From positions 864,001 to 928,000 of the forward strand of contig CAVYTU010000015.1 of NCBI GenBank assembly GCA_963771465.1: 64,000 nt of DNA, written 5' to 3'. Shown piece by piece: positions 20,797 to 29,257 of this stretch. The position numbers and the translations under genes were made by a program. How positions within the stretch are numbered: the stretch's first letter is position 1; each line of letters begins with the position of its first letter. A model generated the notes under the pieces. It did no database searches. It was not told where the DNA came from and saw only the letters and a program-made list of their open reading frames with translations. This DNA comes from an uncultured delta proteobacterium (GTDB lineage Bacteria > Desulfobacterota > Binatia > UBA9968).

Positions 20797-21795
20797 ATGC
20801 TGAAAGCAAGAAATCTTGCCGGGATGTTTTTTGCCCTAGCGCTATCACTAGCCGCTACGCAATCGGCGCTGGCCCAATTGACGAAGATCAGCGTCGGCTA
20901 CAGCGCCATCAGCGGCGACGCTTTGCCGGCGTGGCTCGCCAAAGACGCCGGCATCTTCGAAAAGAACGGTCTCGATGTCCAGCCGGTTTTCTTCACCGGC
21001 GGCACCACCGCGGTCATGGCCTTAGTCTCGGCCGACACGCCGATCGCGCAGTTGGCTGGACCGGCGGTGGTGAATTCGGTGATGGCCGGCTCCGACGCCA
21101 CGATTATCGCCGGCGGCGTGACATCACTGAATTACTATCTGCAAAGCCGGGCCGACATCAAAACCCCCGAACAACTGAAAGGCGGCTCAGTCGCCATCAG
21201 CCGTTTCGGCTCGTCGTCGGATTTCATCGCCCGCTACGCGCTGACGAAAATCGGCTTGACGCCCGGCAAAGATGTCACTATCGTGCAGATCGGCAGCACC
21301 ACGGCGCGCGTCGACGCGGTCATCGCCGGGCGCGTGCAGGCCACTGTCGTCAATCCACCGGCGAGCATCATCGCGCAAAAGCGGGGTATGAATACGCTGG
21401 CCGACCTGCCCAAACTCGGACTGGTCTATCAACACACCGCCGCCGCCACATCGAAAAAATATATTCGCGAACATCGCGACGTCGTCCGGCGCTACGTGAA
21501 ATCACAGATCGAGGCTGTCCATCGAATTTATACCGACAAAGAAAGCGCGATCAAAGCCTTGGCGCGCTTTATCGGCCGTACCGTCGAGCGCGATGTCTTG
21601 GAAAAAACCTGGGAGAATCTCTTAAACGAAGCGGTGCTACCGAGAAAGCAATATCCGTCGATCGAAGGTCTAAAAACCATTCTCGCCTCCGAACCGAAAG
21701 CCAAGTCACACAATCCCGAAGACTATTTCGACGCCAGCTTTGTTCGGGAGTTGGATCTGAGCGGCTATACCGATAGCCTCTACAAAAAACGCTAA
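20797..21795 (+). CDS. ABC substrate-binding protein, NMT1/SsuA-like
   Basis: Signal peptide, GIFEKNGLDV, LKGGSVAISRFGSSSD, YFDASFVREL. AGGAGAG RBS. Confidence 0.9.
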   Translation: MLKARNLAGMFFALALSLAATQSALAQLTKISVGYSAISGDALPAWLAKDAGIFEKNGLDVQPVFFTGGTTAVMALVSADTPIAQLAGPAVVNSVMAGSDATIIAGGVTSLNYYLQSRADIKTPEQLKGGSVAISRFGSSSDFIARYALTKIGLTPGKDVTIVQIGSTTARVDAVIAGRVQATVVNPPASIIAQKRGMNTLADLPKLGLVYQHTAAATSKKYIREHRDVVRRYVKSQIEAVHRIYTDKESAIKALARFIGRTVERDVLEKTWENLLNEAVLPRKQYPSIEGLKTILASEPKAKSHNPEDYFDASFVRELDLSGYTDSLYKKR

Positions 21796-22052
21796 CTGGG
21801 ATTATTCATACTACGAGGAAAATAAAATGACAGAGTGTCGATCGCGGTGGAACCCCAAAGAAGGAAAACGTCGAGCGAAGGCGTCAGCGCCAAATGTATC
21901 ATCGTGATGTTCGGTGCTCGGCACGATGATAAACCTTTTCACAGCTAATTTCACCGCAGATCGCTTCGCTTGCCGCTGCAAGGCAGAGCCGCTCCGCCTT
22001 CGCTTCGCGGAAGGGTTTCGCCGCGAGCGCGTTTTAACGCGAATAATTCGGG

Positions 22053-22853
22053 CTAACAAGACGTCAATTGTTTGCCGGCGTCGTGATCCGCGCCGCGATA
22101 GCGCCAGCGCAAGAGCCGTCGCTCGACGGCTTCCGCGCCCATGAACAGCACCAGCACAAAGGCCATGATGAGAAAGATAAGTCCCATGGTCAGGGCGGCG
22201 TTGTACGTACTCTGAGCGAACTGGAGCAGATAACCGAGCCCACGGGTCGCCGCTACGAACTCGCCGACCACGGCGCCGGTAAAAGCAAATCCAACTGCGA
22301 CTTTCAGGCTCCCCAACACCCACGCGGTAACCGACGGAATATAGACTTCGCGCAGCAACACCAAGCGGCCGCCGCCGAGGGTGCGCACCCGGTCGACCAG
22401 CAACTGATTGACGTCGCGGATGCCGCTATAAACGGCGAAGAAGATCAACACCGCGACCAGCACCACGGCCAAGGCGATTTTCGAAGGCAGTTCGATGCCG
22501 AGCCAAATGACGAATAGCGGCGCGAGGATCACCCGTGGGATCGCGTTCAGCAGCATCATGATCGGTTCGAGAATATCGGCGAGCAGCGGAACAAGCGCGG
22601 CGGCAAAGCCGAGCACGATGCCAAGCGCCAAGCCAATCACCAGGCCCGCGAGCGCGGCGCTAAAGGTCGCCTGCAAGTGACCGAGAATCGTGCCCTCGGC
22701 AAACAGGGTGAAAACCACTCGCAGTATGTCACTGGGCGCCGGCACATAAAAAGGATTGACGATGCCGACGCGGGCGCACACTTCCCAGAGCGCGGTAAGC
22801 ATCGCCAGCGACAGCAGCCGGCGCACCCAAATTTTATCCAACTGTGATTTCAT
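22053..22853 (-). CDS. ABC permease (SsuC/TauC-like)
   Basis: PAPSDI, NAIPRVILAPLF, EAA-like loop RTLGGG, GAVVGEF..GLGYL. Confidence 0.92.
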   Translation of the reverse strand: MKSQLDKIWVRRLLSLAMLTALWEVCARVGIVNPFYVPAPSDILRVVFTLFAEGTILGHLQATFSAALAGLVIGLALGIVLGFAAALVPLLADILEPIMMLLNAIPRVILAPLFVIWLGIELPSKIALAVVLVAVLIFFAVYSGIRDVNQLLVDRVRTLGGGRLVLLREVYIPSVTAWVLGSLKVAVGFAFTGAVVGEFVAATRGLGYLLQFAQSTYNAALTMGLIFLIMAFVLVLFMGAEAVERRLLRWRYRGADHDAGKQLTSC

Positions 22854-23608
22854 GCCGCGCCCTCGAGTTGCGGCAGGCTCATCACCTCGGACATGTCATG
22901 CCAAAGTTGCTCAAGCAGAGGAGCAAAACTCGGATGGCGGCGGCAGGCGAAAATATCGCGCGGTCGGGGAATCGACACCTCATACGAGGTTTGGACTCGC
23001 GCCCTCGGACCCTGCGAAAGCAGATAGACCGTGTCGGAGACGGTCAACGCTTCTTCAAGATCATGGGTCACCAAGAGCACGCTCAAGTGCTCGCGCTCCA
23101 CCCAGTTTAATAGTTCCTGGGTGATGCGCGTTCGAACGATCGCATCGAGCGCCGCGAAAGGCTCGTCCATCAGCAGCAATTTTGGCTTCAAGGCGAGGAT
23201 CTGCGCGATGGCGACCCGCTTTCTTTGCCCGCCCGAGAGTTCGTGAGGAAAACGCCCACCTAAGCCTTCGAGTCCAAGTCGCGTAAGCCATGCGTCGGCT
23301 TCGGCGTGCGCGTTACTTTTGGTGAGTTTCCGAATGCGCAAACCGAGCGCGACGTTTTCCCGGGCCGTACGCCAAGGCAAAAGCGCATCGTCCTGAAACA
23401 GAAAACCAAGCGACTCGCGGCTGCCATTCAATTCGATATGGCCGGCGCGCGGCGTGAGCAGGCCATTCACCGCGCGCAGAATGCTGGTCTTGCCGGAGCC
23501 CGATGGCCCGACCAGACTGACGAATTTCCCCGCGGCAACTTCGAGGCTAACTCCTTCGATAACCGGTTCTTGCCCATAACCCAAGGCGAGATCTGAGACG
23601 CGAAGCAC
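22850..23608 (-). CDS. ABC ATP-binding protein (SsuB/TauB-like)
   Basis: Walker A GPSGSGKT, LSGGQ, LLLMDEPF, H-loop VTHD. Confidence 0.95.
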   Translation of the reverse strand: MLRVSDLALGYGQEPVIEGVSLEVAAGKFVSLVGPSGSGKTSILRAVNGLLTPRAGHIELNGSRESLGFLFQDDALLPWRTARENVALGLRIRKLTKSNAHAEADAWLTRLGLEGLGGRFPHELSGGQRKRVAIAQILALKPKLLLMDEPFAALDAIVRTRITQELLNWVEREHLSVLLVTHDLEEALTVSDTVYLLSQGPRARVQTSYEVSIPRPRDIFACRRHPSFAPLLEQLWHDMSEVMSLPQLEGAA

Positions 23609-24673
23609 TTAATTCCCGACTATCGATAAATCGAGCAAGGGTTTGAAATCGACGGATGCAGCCAGCAGACCTGCGGCCTTATGGGCTTCCACGACGCGAG
23701 TAACGGCAGCGGTATCGATTTTGACGTTGTCGGGATAAAGAGATCGCCGGTAGCGCTCCAGAATCCCGGTAAGCCGATCCCGATTGGCACCGGTGATGAG
23801 CTCTTTAGGCAGCGCAGCCACAGCTTCCTTAGTAGGTATGTTGCGCGTGTCTTGCAATCCCTTCGCGAGCGCGCGGGCAAGCCGACCCATTTCGTCGCGC
23901 CGCTGCTGACGTTCCTCGAGGCGCACGGCCACGCCCATAAATTCGTACGCCCCGCCGAGATACCGGTTCGCTTCCTCGATGTTCATTACATTAGCGATCA
24001 CACCACCACCCGCGCCGGTGATTAGAGTCAATGCTGGCTCTTGCACCATACCCGCATCGACTTGTCCAAGCCGGAGCGCATCATAAAGGTTGGGGCCGAG
24101 AGTCGCGAAGCGCACCCGGTCTGGATCAGCACCCGCCCGCTTCATAAGGTGAATGACTAAGATGTGGTCGCCGTTGCCCAGACCCGAGACCCCCACCGTC
24201 CGGTTCTCAATATCCTTCAGGCTCCGTATCTCTTTCGCCGTTTTCGGGCCGGTTGCGAGGGCAAAAAGCGGCAATCTTCCGGTCGAGGCGAAGCGGGCTA
24301 TTTTGGCACCGTGGGCAAAGGCCTGAAGCGCCACATCAAAAGAAGTCCCCGCGTAGTCCACCGCGCGCCCGACCAGCGCCTGCATCGCCACGTTGCCGCC
24401 GCGGGTGTATACCAGCCTGACATCGAGCCCTTCCTCGGCAAAATGTCCTCGCGCTCTGGCTACCTCGTAGGGTACGACGCAGAGGAGCTGCCCGCAGAAT
24501 GCGAGCAATACTTGCCGGCCTTGACCGTGGGCATTTTTCTTGGAGACGAACATGATGCCGCTCGTCAAACCTGCCAGGCGCTTTAATGCCGTGCGTCTGC
24601 CAATTTGTTTATCGGCGCCCGTGATTTCGGCTTCTTCGGAAAAATCAGGCGTTAACTTTTCACAACAATCCAT
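23609..24673 (-). CDS. ABC substrate-binding protein, NMT1-like, with Tat-type signal
   Basis: GRRTALK twin-arginine-like motif, GHFAEEGLDV, VDAGMVQEP. First gene of an SBP-ATPase-permease operon. Confidence 0.88.
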   Translation of the reverse strand: MDCCEKLTPDFSEEAEITGADKQIGRRTALKRLAGLTSGIMFVSKKNAHGQGRQVLLAFCGQLLCVVPYEVARARGHFAEEGLDVRLVYTRGGNVAMQALVGRAVDYAGTSFDVALQAFAHGAKIARFASTGRLPLFALATGPKTAKEIRSLKDIENRTVGVSGLGNGDHILVIHLMKRAGADPDRVRFATLGPNLYDALRLGQVDAGMVQEPALTLITGAGGGVIANVMNIEEANRYLGGAYEFMGVAVRLEERQQRRDEMGRLARALAKGLQDTRNIPTKEAVAALPKELITGANRDRLTGILERYRRSLYPDNVKIDTAAVTRVVEAHKAAGLLAASVDFKPLLDLSIVGN

Positions 24674-24904
24674 CTTGATCTCCCTTCACGACGAGAGTTG
24701 CGATATACCCTGTCGCAGGATTTCCGAGACGGTTAAAATACAACAAACGGCTCAAAAGACAAACCGTAATCGAGGAGCGGCCTGCCGGTTCAAAGCAAAT
24801 CGCTCTGACACGGTTGCGATCCGTGAAAACCGATTATAAAGTTTGCCACTCGACCGGCTCGATCATCCGCCACCAACGCCGCAGTCGCGGCCATAGGAGT
24901 CACC

Positions 24905-25654
24905 ATGAGCGACTATCAACAACTAGCCAGTGATTTGATGACCTCATTGGCGTTGACCCAACCGCCCATCGCCATAGCGTTCGCCGACGCGCCGCCGCTG
25001 AATGTACCGCCGTTCGATGGTGTCGTTCCTGCCGGTTGCTCCTTTTGGCAGCAGGCGGCGGCGAGAATGTTTTATACCTCGGCCCAAGATCACGAGCTTT
25101 GCGCCATCGGCGTCCATACGCACCATTTGGCCGAGCCGTCGGCGACGCATCAAACGGAGTTACACGACGTGCTGCAGGTGATGAGTGGACTCGATTACGT
25201 GCGCGCCGACGAGATCGCGGCGATTCCCGTCGTCGAGTGCAAAGTGAAGCATGTCGTCTATGGCCCTCTGGCGGAGTTCTCGAGTGCTCCTGAAGTCGCG
25301 CTGCTTTTCGCCCATGCTCAACAAGGACTGATCATCAGCGAAGCGGTCAGCCGCGTCGACAAGGGGATTCCGCCGGCCATGGGGCGGCCGGCCTGCGCCG
25401 TCGTGCCGCAGGTGATCAATCAAGACCGCGCGGCCATGAGTCTCGGCTGCTGCGGCGCGCGCGCTTACCTCGACATTTTGGCCGACAGCGTCGCCATGTG
25501 GGCGTTTCCCGGCAGTAAGCTTGAGCAATACTGCGCCGAAATCGTCAACCTCGCCCGCGCCAACCAAACGCTGGCAACCTTTCACACGCGGCGCAAAGAA
25601 GATGTCGCGTCCGGCAAGCGTCCGACGGTGCGTCAATCTCTGGATCGGCTTTAA
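24905..25654 (+). CDS. DUF169 family protein (Cys-rich)
   Basis: LTQPPIAIAF, GCSFW, LCAIG, GRPAC, SLGCCGAR pattern. Confidence 0.8.
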   Translation: MSDYQQLASDLMTSLALTQPPIAIAFADAPPLNVPPFDGVVPAGCSFWQQAAARMFYTSAQDHELCAIGVHTHHLAEPSATHQTELHDVLQVMSGLDYVRADEIAAIPVVECKVKHVVYGPLAEFSSAPEVALLFAHAQQGLIISEAVSRVDKGIPPAMGRPACAVVPQVINQDRAAMSLGCCGARAYLDILADSVAMWAFPGSKLEQYCAEIVNLARANQTLATFHTRRKEDVASGKRPTVRQSLDRL

Positions 25655-25684
25655 TCCTCGAAGAAATTCAGCCGAGGCCGGCCG

Positions 25685-26764
25685 ATGAAATTCGCCCACT
25701 TCTCTCATGTCTGGAACAAGCCCGGCATGAACCCGGCTGGGCGCTACGCGCAACTGTGGCGCGAATTGGCGCTAAGCGACGAATTGGGCTTCGACTACGG
25801 TTTCTGCGTCGAGCATCATTTCAATCCCAACGAAAGCTGGATGCCGTCGCCGTCGATCTATTGTGCCGCGGCAGCGGCACACACGCGCCGGCTGCGCGTC
25901 GGCACCATGGGCAATGTCGTGCCCCTCTACGATCCGCTGCGAATAGCCGAAGACGCCGCCGTGCTCGACAACCTCGCCAACGGTCGCTTCGAACTGGGCC
26001 TGGTTTCAGGCATCGTGCCGGATTTCTTCGGACCCTACGGCGCTGATTTTAACAATCGCCGCGCGCTCACCCACGAAGCGCTGTTATTCATCAAGCAAGC
26101 GCTGGCGAGCGACGGCGCGTTTTCCTTCGCCGGGGAATCGCGCCACTATGAAAACGTCACACTCGGGGTAAAGCCGCTGCAGAAGCCCCATCCACCGATC
26201 TGGATTCACTCGCGCGACAACGACACCCTGGCGCTGCTGGCGCGCGAAGGCGTGCACACCGGTTATCTCTTTTTGGTGCCGCGCAACGAAGTCGCACCGC
26301 GCTATCGCGAATATTTGCGCCTGTGGAAGGAAGCGCGTCACCCCGGTAAGCCCAATATCGGTTACTGGGTGTTAGTCTACGTCGATGAGACCGATGAAAA
26401 AGCCGTGGCCAAAGCGAAACCGCATTTCGAACATTGCTTCACCCATGTCTTCGGCACGAGAGCCGACGGTGGCATCGGCTATCTCAGGTTGGCGGAGAAC
26501 CACGCCAAGCGCGGCAATCCGGGCGGCGCCGAGATCGCCCGTCACGCCATCGATGTCGAATTTCTGCGCGCGCGCAATCTCGCCTTCGTCGGCTCGCCCA
26601 AGACCGTCATCGCCCAGATCAAGCAAGCGGCCAGCGAAGGAGTGTTCAACACCGTCATGGGCGAGTTCAACATCGGCGCCATCGAAGAAGCCGATCTGAT
26701 GCGCTCGATCAAACTGTTCGGCAGCGAAGTGATCCCGGCACTGCGCCAATTCGAGCCGTACTGA
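25685..26764 (+). CDS. LLM class flavin-dependent oxidoreductase
   Basis: CVEHHF, YDPLRIAED, GRFELG, KPLQKPHPPIW. Confidence 0.92.
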   Translation: MKFAHFSHVWNKPGMNPAGRYAQLWRELALSDELGFDYGFCVEHHFNPNESWMPSPSIYCAAAAAHTRRLRVGTMGNVVPLYDPLRIAEDAAVLDNLANGRFELGLVSGIVPDFFGPYGADFNNRRALTHEALLFIKQALASDGAFSFAGESRHYENVTLGVKPLQKPHPPIWIHSRDNDTLALLAREGVHTGYLFLVPRNEVAPRYREYLRLWKEARHPGKPNIGYWVLVYVDETDEKAVAKAKPHFEHCFTHVFGTRADGGIGYLRLAENHAKRGNPGGAEIARHAIDVEFLRARNLAFVGSPKTVIAQIKQAASEGVFNTVMGEFNIGAIEEADLMRSIKLFGSEVIPALRQFEPY

Positions 26765-26878
26765 GCGATCGCGATAATGTACCAAATCGGCTTACGCCAC
26801 GTCGAAGGAGTTGGGCAATAAAGTTCAGTAACCAGCGGCGGAACTTTCACACGGAGATAAAAACTGGAGAGCTAAATT

Positions 26879-26915
26879 TCCCAGGTCGCCGCAGTTTCGC
26901 CGCGGCGACCTGGGA
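26879..26915. terminator. Strong hairpin between convergent genes (probable terminator)
   Basis: TCCCAGGTCGCCGC-N9-GCGGCGACCTGGGA 14-bp stem. Confidence 0.65.
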
Positions 26916-26932
26916 GGCGTGGTTCGTAAGCG

Positions 26933-27250
26933 CTAATCACGATGGCGATCATCCCGGTCACGGTACACATGCCGGTTGTCTCGTCTGTCCCTCTGGATAT
27001 CATCCAAGATCGCCTGAATCTCGGCCTGATCCTGAGCGAGCCTTCTCCGGCTAGCGTGATGACGCAGGTCATACCTGAGCTTTGCTCTTGCTCGTTCCAA
27101 CCGTGCGCGATCGCCGCCTAACTCGCCGTAATTCCCGTATCTCTGATTCTGATTCCCCCATTCTCGATCGGTCGCAAGAGCCGGTGCGACAGAGGCTAGC
27201 AGAGTTCCGGCAATCAAACCGCCCAACACCACATTTTTTACCTTGTTCAT
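26933..27250 (-). CDS. Small secreted hypothetical protein, Arg/Asp-rich
   Basis: Signal peptide ending ALA-T, AGGAGGAG RBS, charged helical mature region. Confidence 0.8.
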   Translation of the reverse strand: MNKVKNVVLGGLIAGTLLASVAPALATDREWGNQNQRYGNYGELGGDRARLERARAKLRYDLRHHASRRRLAQDQAEIQAILDDIQRDRRDNRHVYRDRDDRHRD

Positions 27251-27535
27251 CTAAATCTCCTCCTGTTAGTTGTTGCCACCACCCGCCTCAATTCCCTCAC
27301 CTTGTTAGACGGGAATGGGACGAAAGGTTTACAGGGCGATAGCGGATCAGCCAGCAGGAAGCTGCCCAATTGGTAAACAAATGTTTGGCGTGAATAACTT
27401 AGTGACCGGCAACGTCTAAGGTTGCTCCGAGACGCGCCACCGTCGGTTAGGCGGTCTCTTAGATGGGAAAATTACCCGGATGGCTTGACGCGGTTCTTTC
27501 GGAGCAATCCGGGCTCATGACACTTTCCACTCTCT

Positions 27536-28531
27536 TTACTCTCCCTCTTCCCGATACAACGCCAGCGCTTCTGTCGCAGGCCGATCGCTGATCGAAAACA
27601 GGATCGCGTCATCACTTGTAGTATTTTCGTGCGAGTGCCATTGCCACGACGGCACGACGAAAATATCGCCTTTGCCCCAGTTGAACTCATTGGCCGATAC
27701 TTTGGTCATGCCACTGCCGCGGAAGGAATAATAAACGGTCGTGCTGGTGTGGCGGTGCGACTTGGTTTTTTCCTTGGGCCGAAGCAACTGGATCGAGCAT
27801 GAGCAGGTCGGTAGCGTGTGGCCGCCGTCCACCGGGTTGGCATATTCCAAGAGAATGCCGTCGTAAGGATCGCCGGCGCTTTCTTTCAAGCCCTGCAGAG
27901 TCGCGTTGGTCTCTTTCCAGGGATAACGGTACGGCGGTGCCTGAAATGAATTTCTGATCCACGACGGGCGCGCGTGGGAGAAAACTTTCGCCGAGTAACT
28001 TTCCGGCTTTTCCACCGGCTGCTGGGCCGCTTTGAAATTCTCCTGGATCATCGCGCCCAGATGCGTCACCAAGCGCACGTCCAAACCATCGAGCCACATA
28101 ACGGGCTCGGTGGCGTCATTGAAGTGATCATGCCACGTCCAGTTCGGCGTGGTGATGAAATCGCCTTCGAACATGGGAAAGCGTTCGCCTTCAACGATGG
28201 TGTAAGCCTTGGGTGTGCCTTTGACGATAAAACGGACCGCCGCTGCGGTGTGCCGATGCGCCGCAGCGACTTCACCCGGCTTCACCAGTTGCACGGAAAT
28301 ATGCACGGTGTTGGTCATGCCGGCGGACAATCCGGGATTGCGCATCTGAATCGTCCTTCGCCCGGCTTCACCCGTGGTGATCAACTCGCCCGACCAGTTG
28401 AGCGCCTGCATGATTTCTTCGCCCTTCCATAAATAAGGCTTGACGCTCTGCGACCATTCCGAGTGCTCCCAATGGCCTTTGAGATTTCGTTCTTTCATCC
28501 ACTGACTGAGTTCTTGCAAATCCATTAGCAT
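27536..28531 (-). CDS. Bicupin, gentisate 1,2-dioxygenase-like
   Basis: RRTIQMRNPG, AHRHT, TPNWTWHDH, WLDGLD, SHRHTS, VPSWQWHSH. Confidence 0.88.
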   Translation of the reverse strand: MLMDLQELSQWMKERNLKGHWEHSEWSQSVKPYLWKGEEIMQALNWSGELITTGEAGRRTIQMRNPGLSAGMTNTVHISVQLVKPGEVAAAHRHTAAAVRFIVKGTPKAYTIVEGERFPMFEGDFITTPNWTWHDHFNDATEPVMWLDGLDVRLVTHLGAMIQENFKAAQQPVEKPESYSAKVFSHARPSWIRNSFQAPPYRYPWKETNATLQGLKESAGDPYDGILLEYANPVDGGHTLPTCSCSIQLLRPKEKTKSHRHTSTTVYYSFRGSGMTKVSANEFNWGKGDIFVVPSWQWHSHENTTSDDAILFSISDRPATEALALYREEGE

Positions 28532-28658
28532 CCTCCACTGCGTGCCAAAGCCCCGCTTATAGTAATTCCATATAAACGGCGCTTGACGCTGTCAAGCTGC
28601 AACAGGATTTCGCGGCCAAATGAAGCCGCAGTCAGGAGTGCGAGCAAAACCGTGGGAT

Positions 28659-29042
28659 TCAAAACTGACGAAAAATCTTGAAATAGCCCAATCCGGAGAT
28701 AGAACGGCGCGCGTTCTGCCATACGCTGGTTTTCCGCTTGTCGATCTCATCGAGATTCGGCGTACTTTTTTCTTCCGCATCGTCGAGCGCGCGATCGACG
28801 ATCGCCCGAGCCGCTACGAGTGCCCACTGATCCGCCTTGAGTTTACTGTTAAAAGTTAGCTGCTCGGCGCCGAGGCAGTGCGCGAAGCTATGGATCCACA
28901 TGCGACGCAAGCCGCTTTCGGTGGGCAGCCAAAGACATGCCTCGGGCGACCAGGTGTGCGGCGCGATCTCATAAGAGGCGGCGCGGATGCCGCAGCCGCG
29001 GTGCTTCATACAATCAAGAATCAGTTCTTCGGCCGAAATCAC
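28659..29042 (-). CDS. Hypothetical protein
   Basis: 127-aa ORF with AAGGAG RBS before GTG and a sigma54-like promoter upstream. Confidence 0.7.
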   Translation of the reverse strand: MISAEELILDCMKHRGCGIRAASYEIAPHTWSPEACLWLPTESGLRRMWIHSFAHCLGAEQLTFNSKLKADQWALVAARAIVDRALDDAEEKSTPNLDEIDKRKTSVWQNARRSISGLGYFKIFRQF

Positions 29043-29089
29043 TATATCGTCTCCTTGTCATCGACCCTTCAGCTGCACTTAGGGCTATG

Positions 29090-29105
29090 CGCAATCTGCG
29101 TACCA
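29090..29105 (-). promoter_or_regulatory. sigma54 -24/-12 promoter
   Basis: Minus strand TGGTACGCAGATTGCG (GG-N10-GC), overlapped upstream by TGGCATGGCTTTTGG. Confidence 0.6.
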
Positions 29106-29257
29106 AAAGCCATGCCAATGTTTTGGACCATTTAGCGGTGGAGCGCAGCGCCGGCCCGCGTAAAAATGTTAGCCTGCGGTAATAATTGCCGTCGATCTAG
29201 CTCCGTTTGACAGGTCGCGCCAATAATGGAAACTGCTAGCCACGAGAGGTAATTTGC

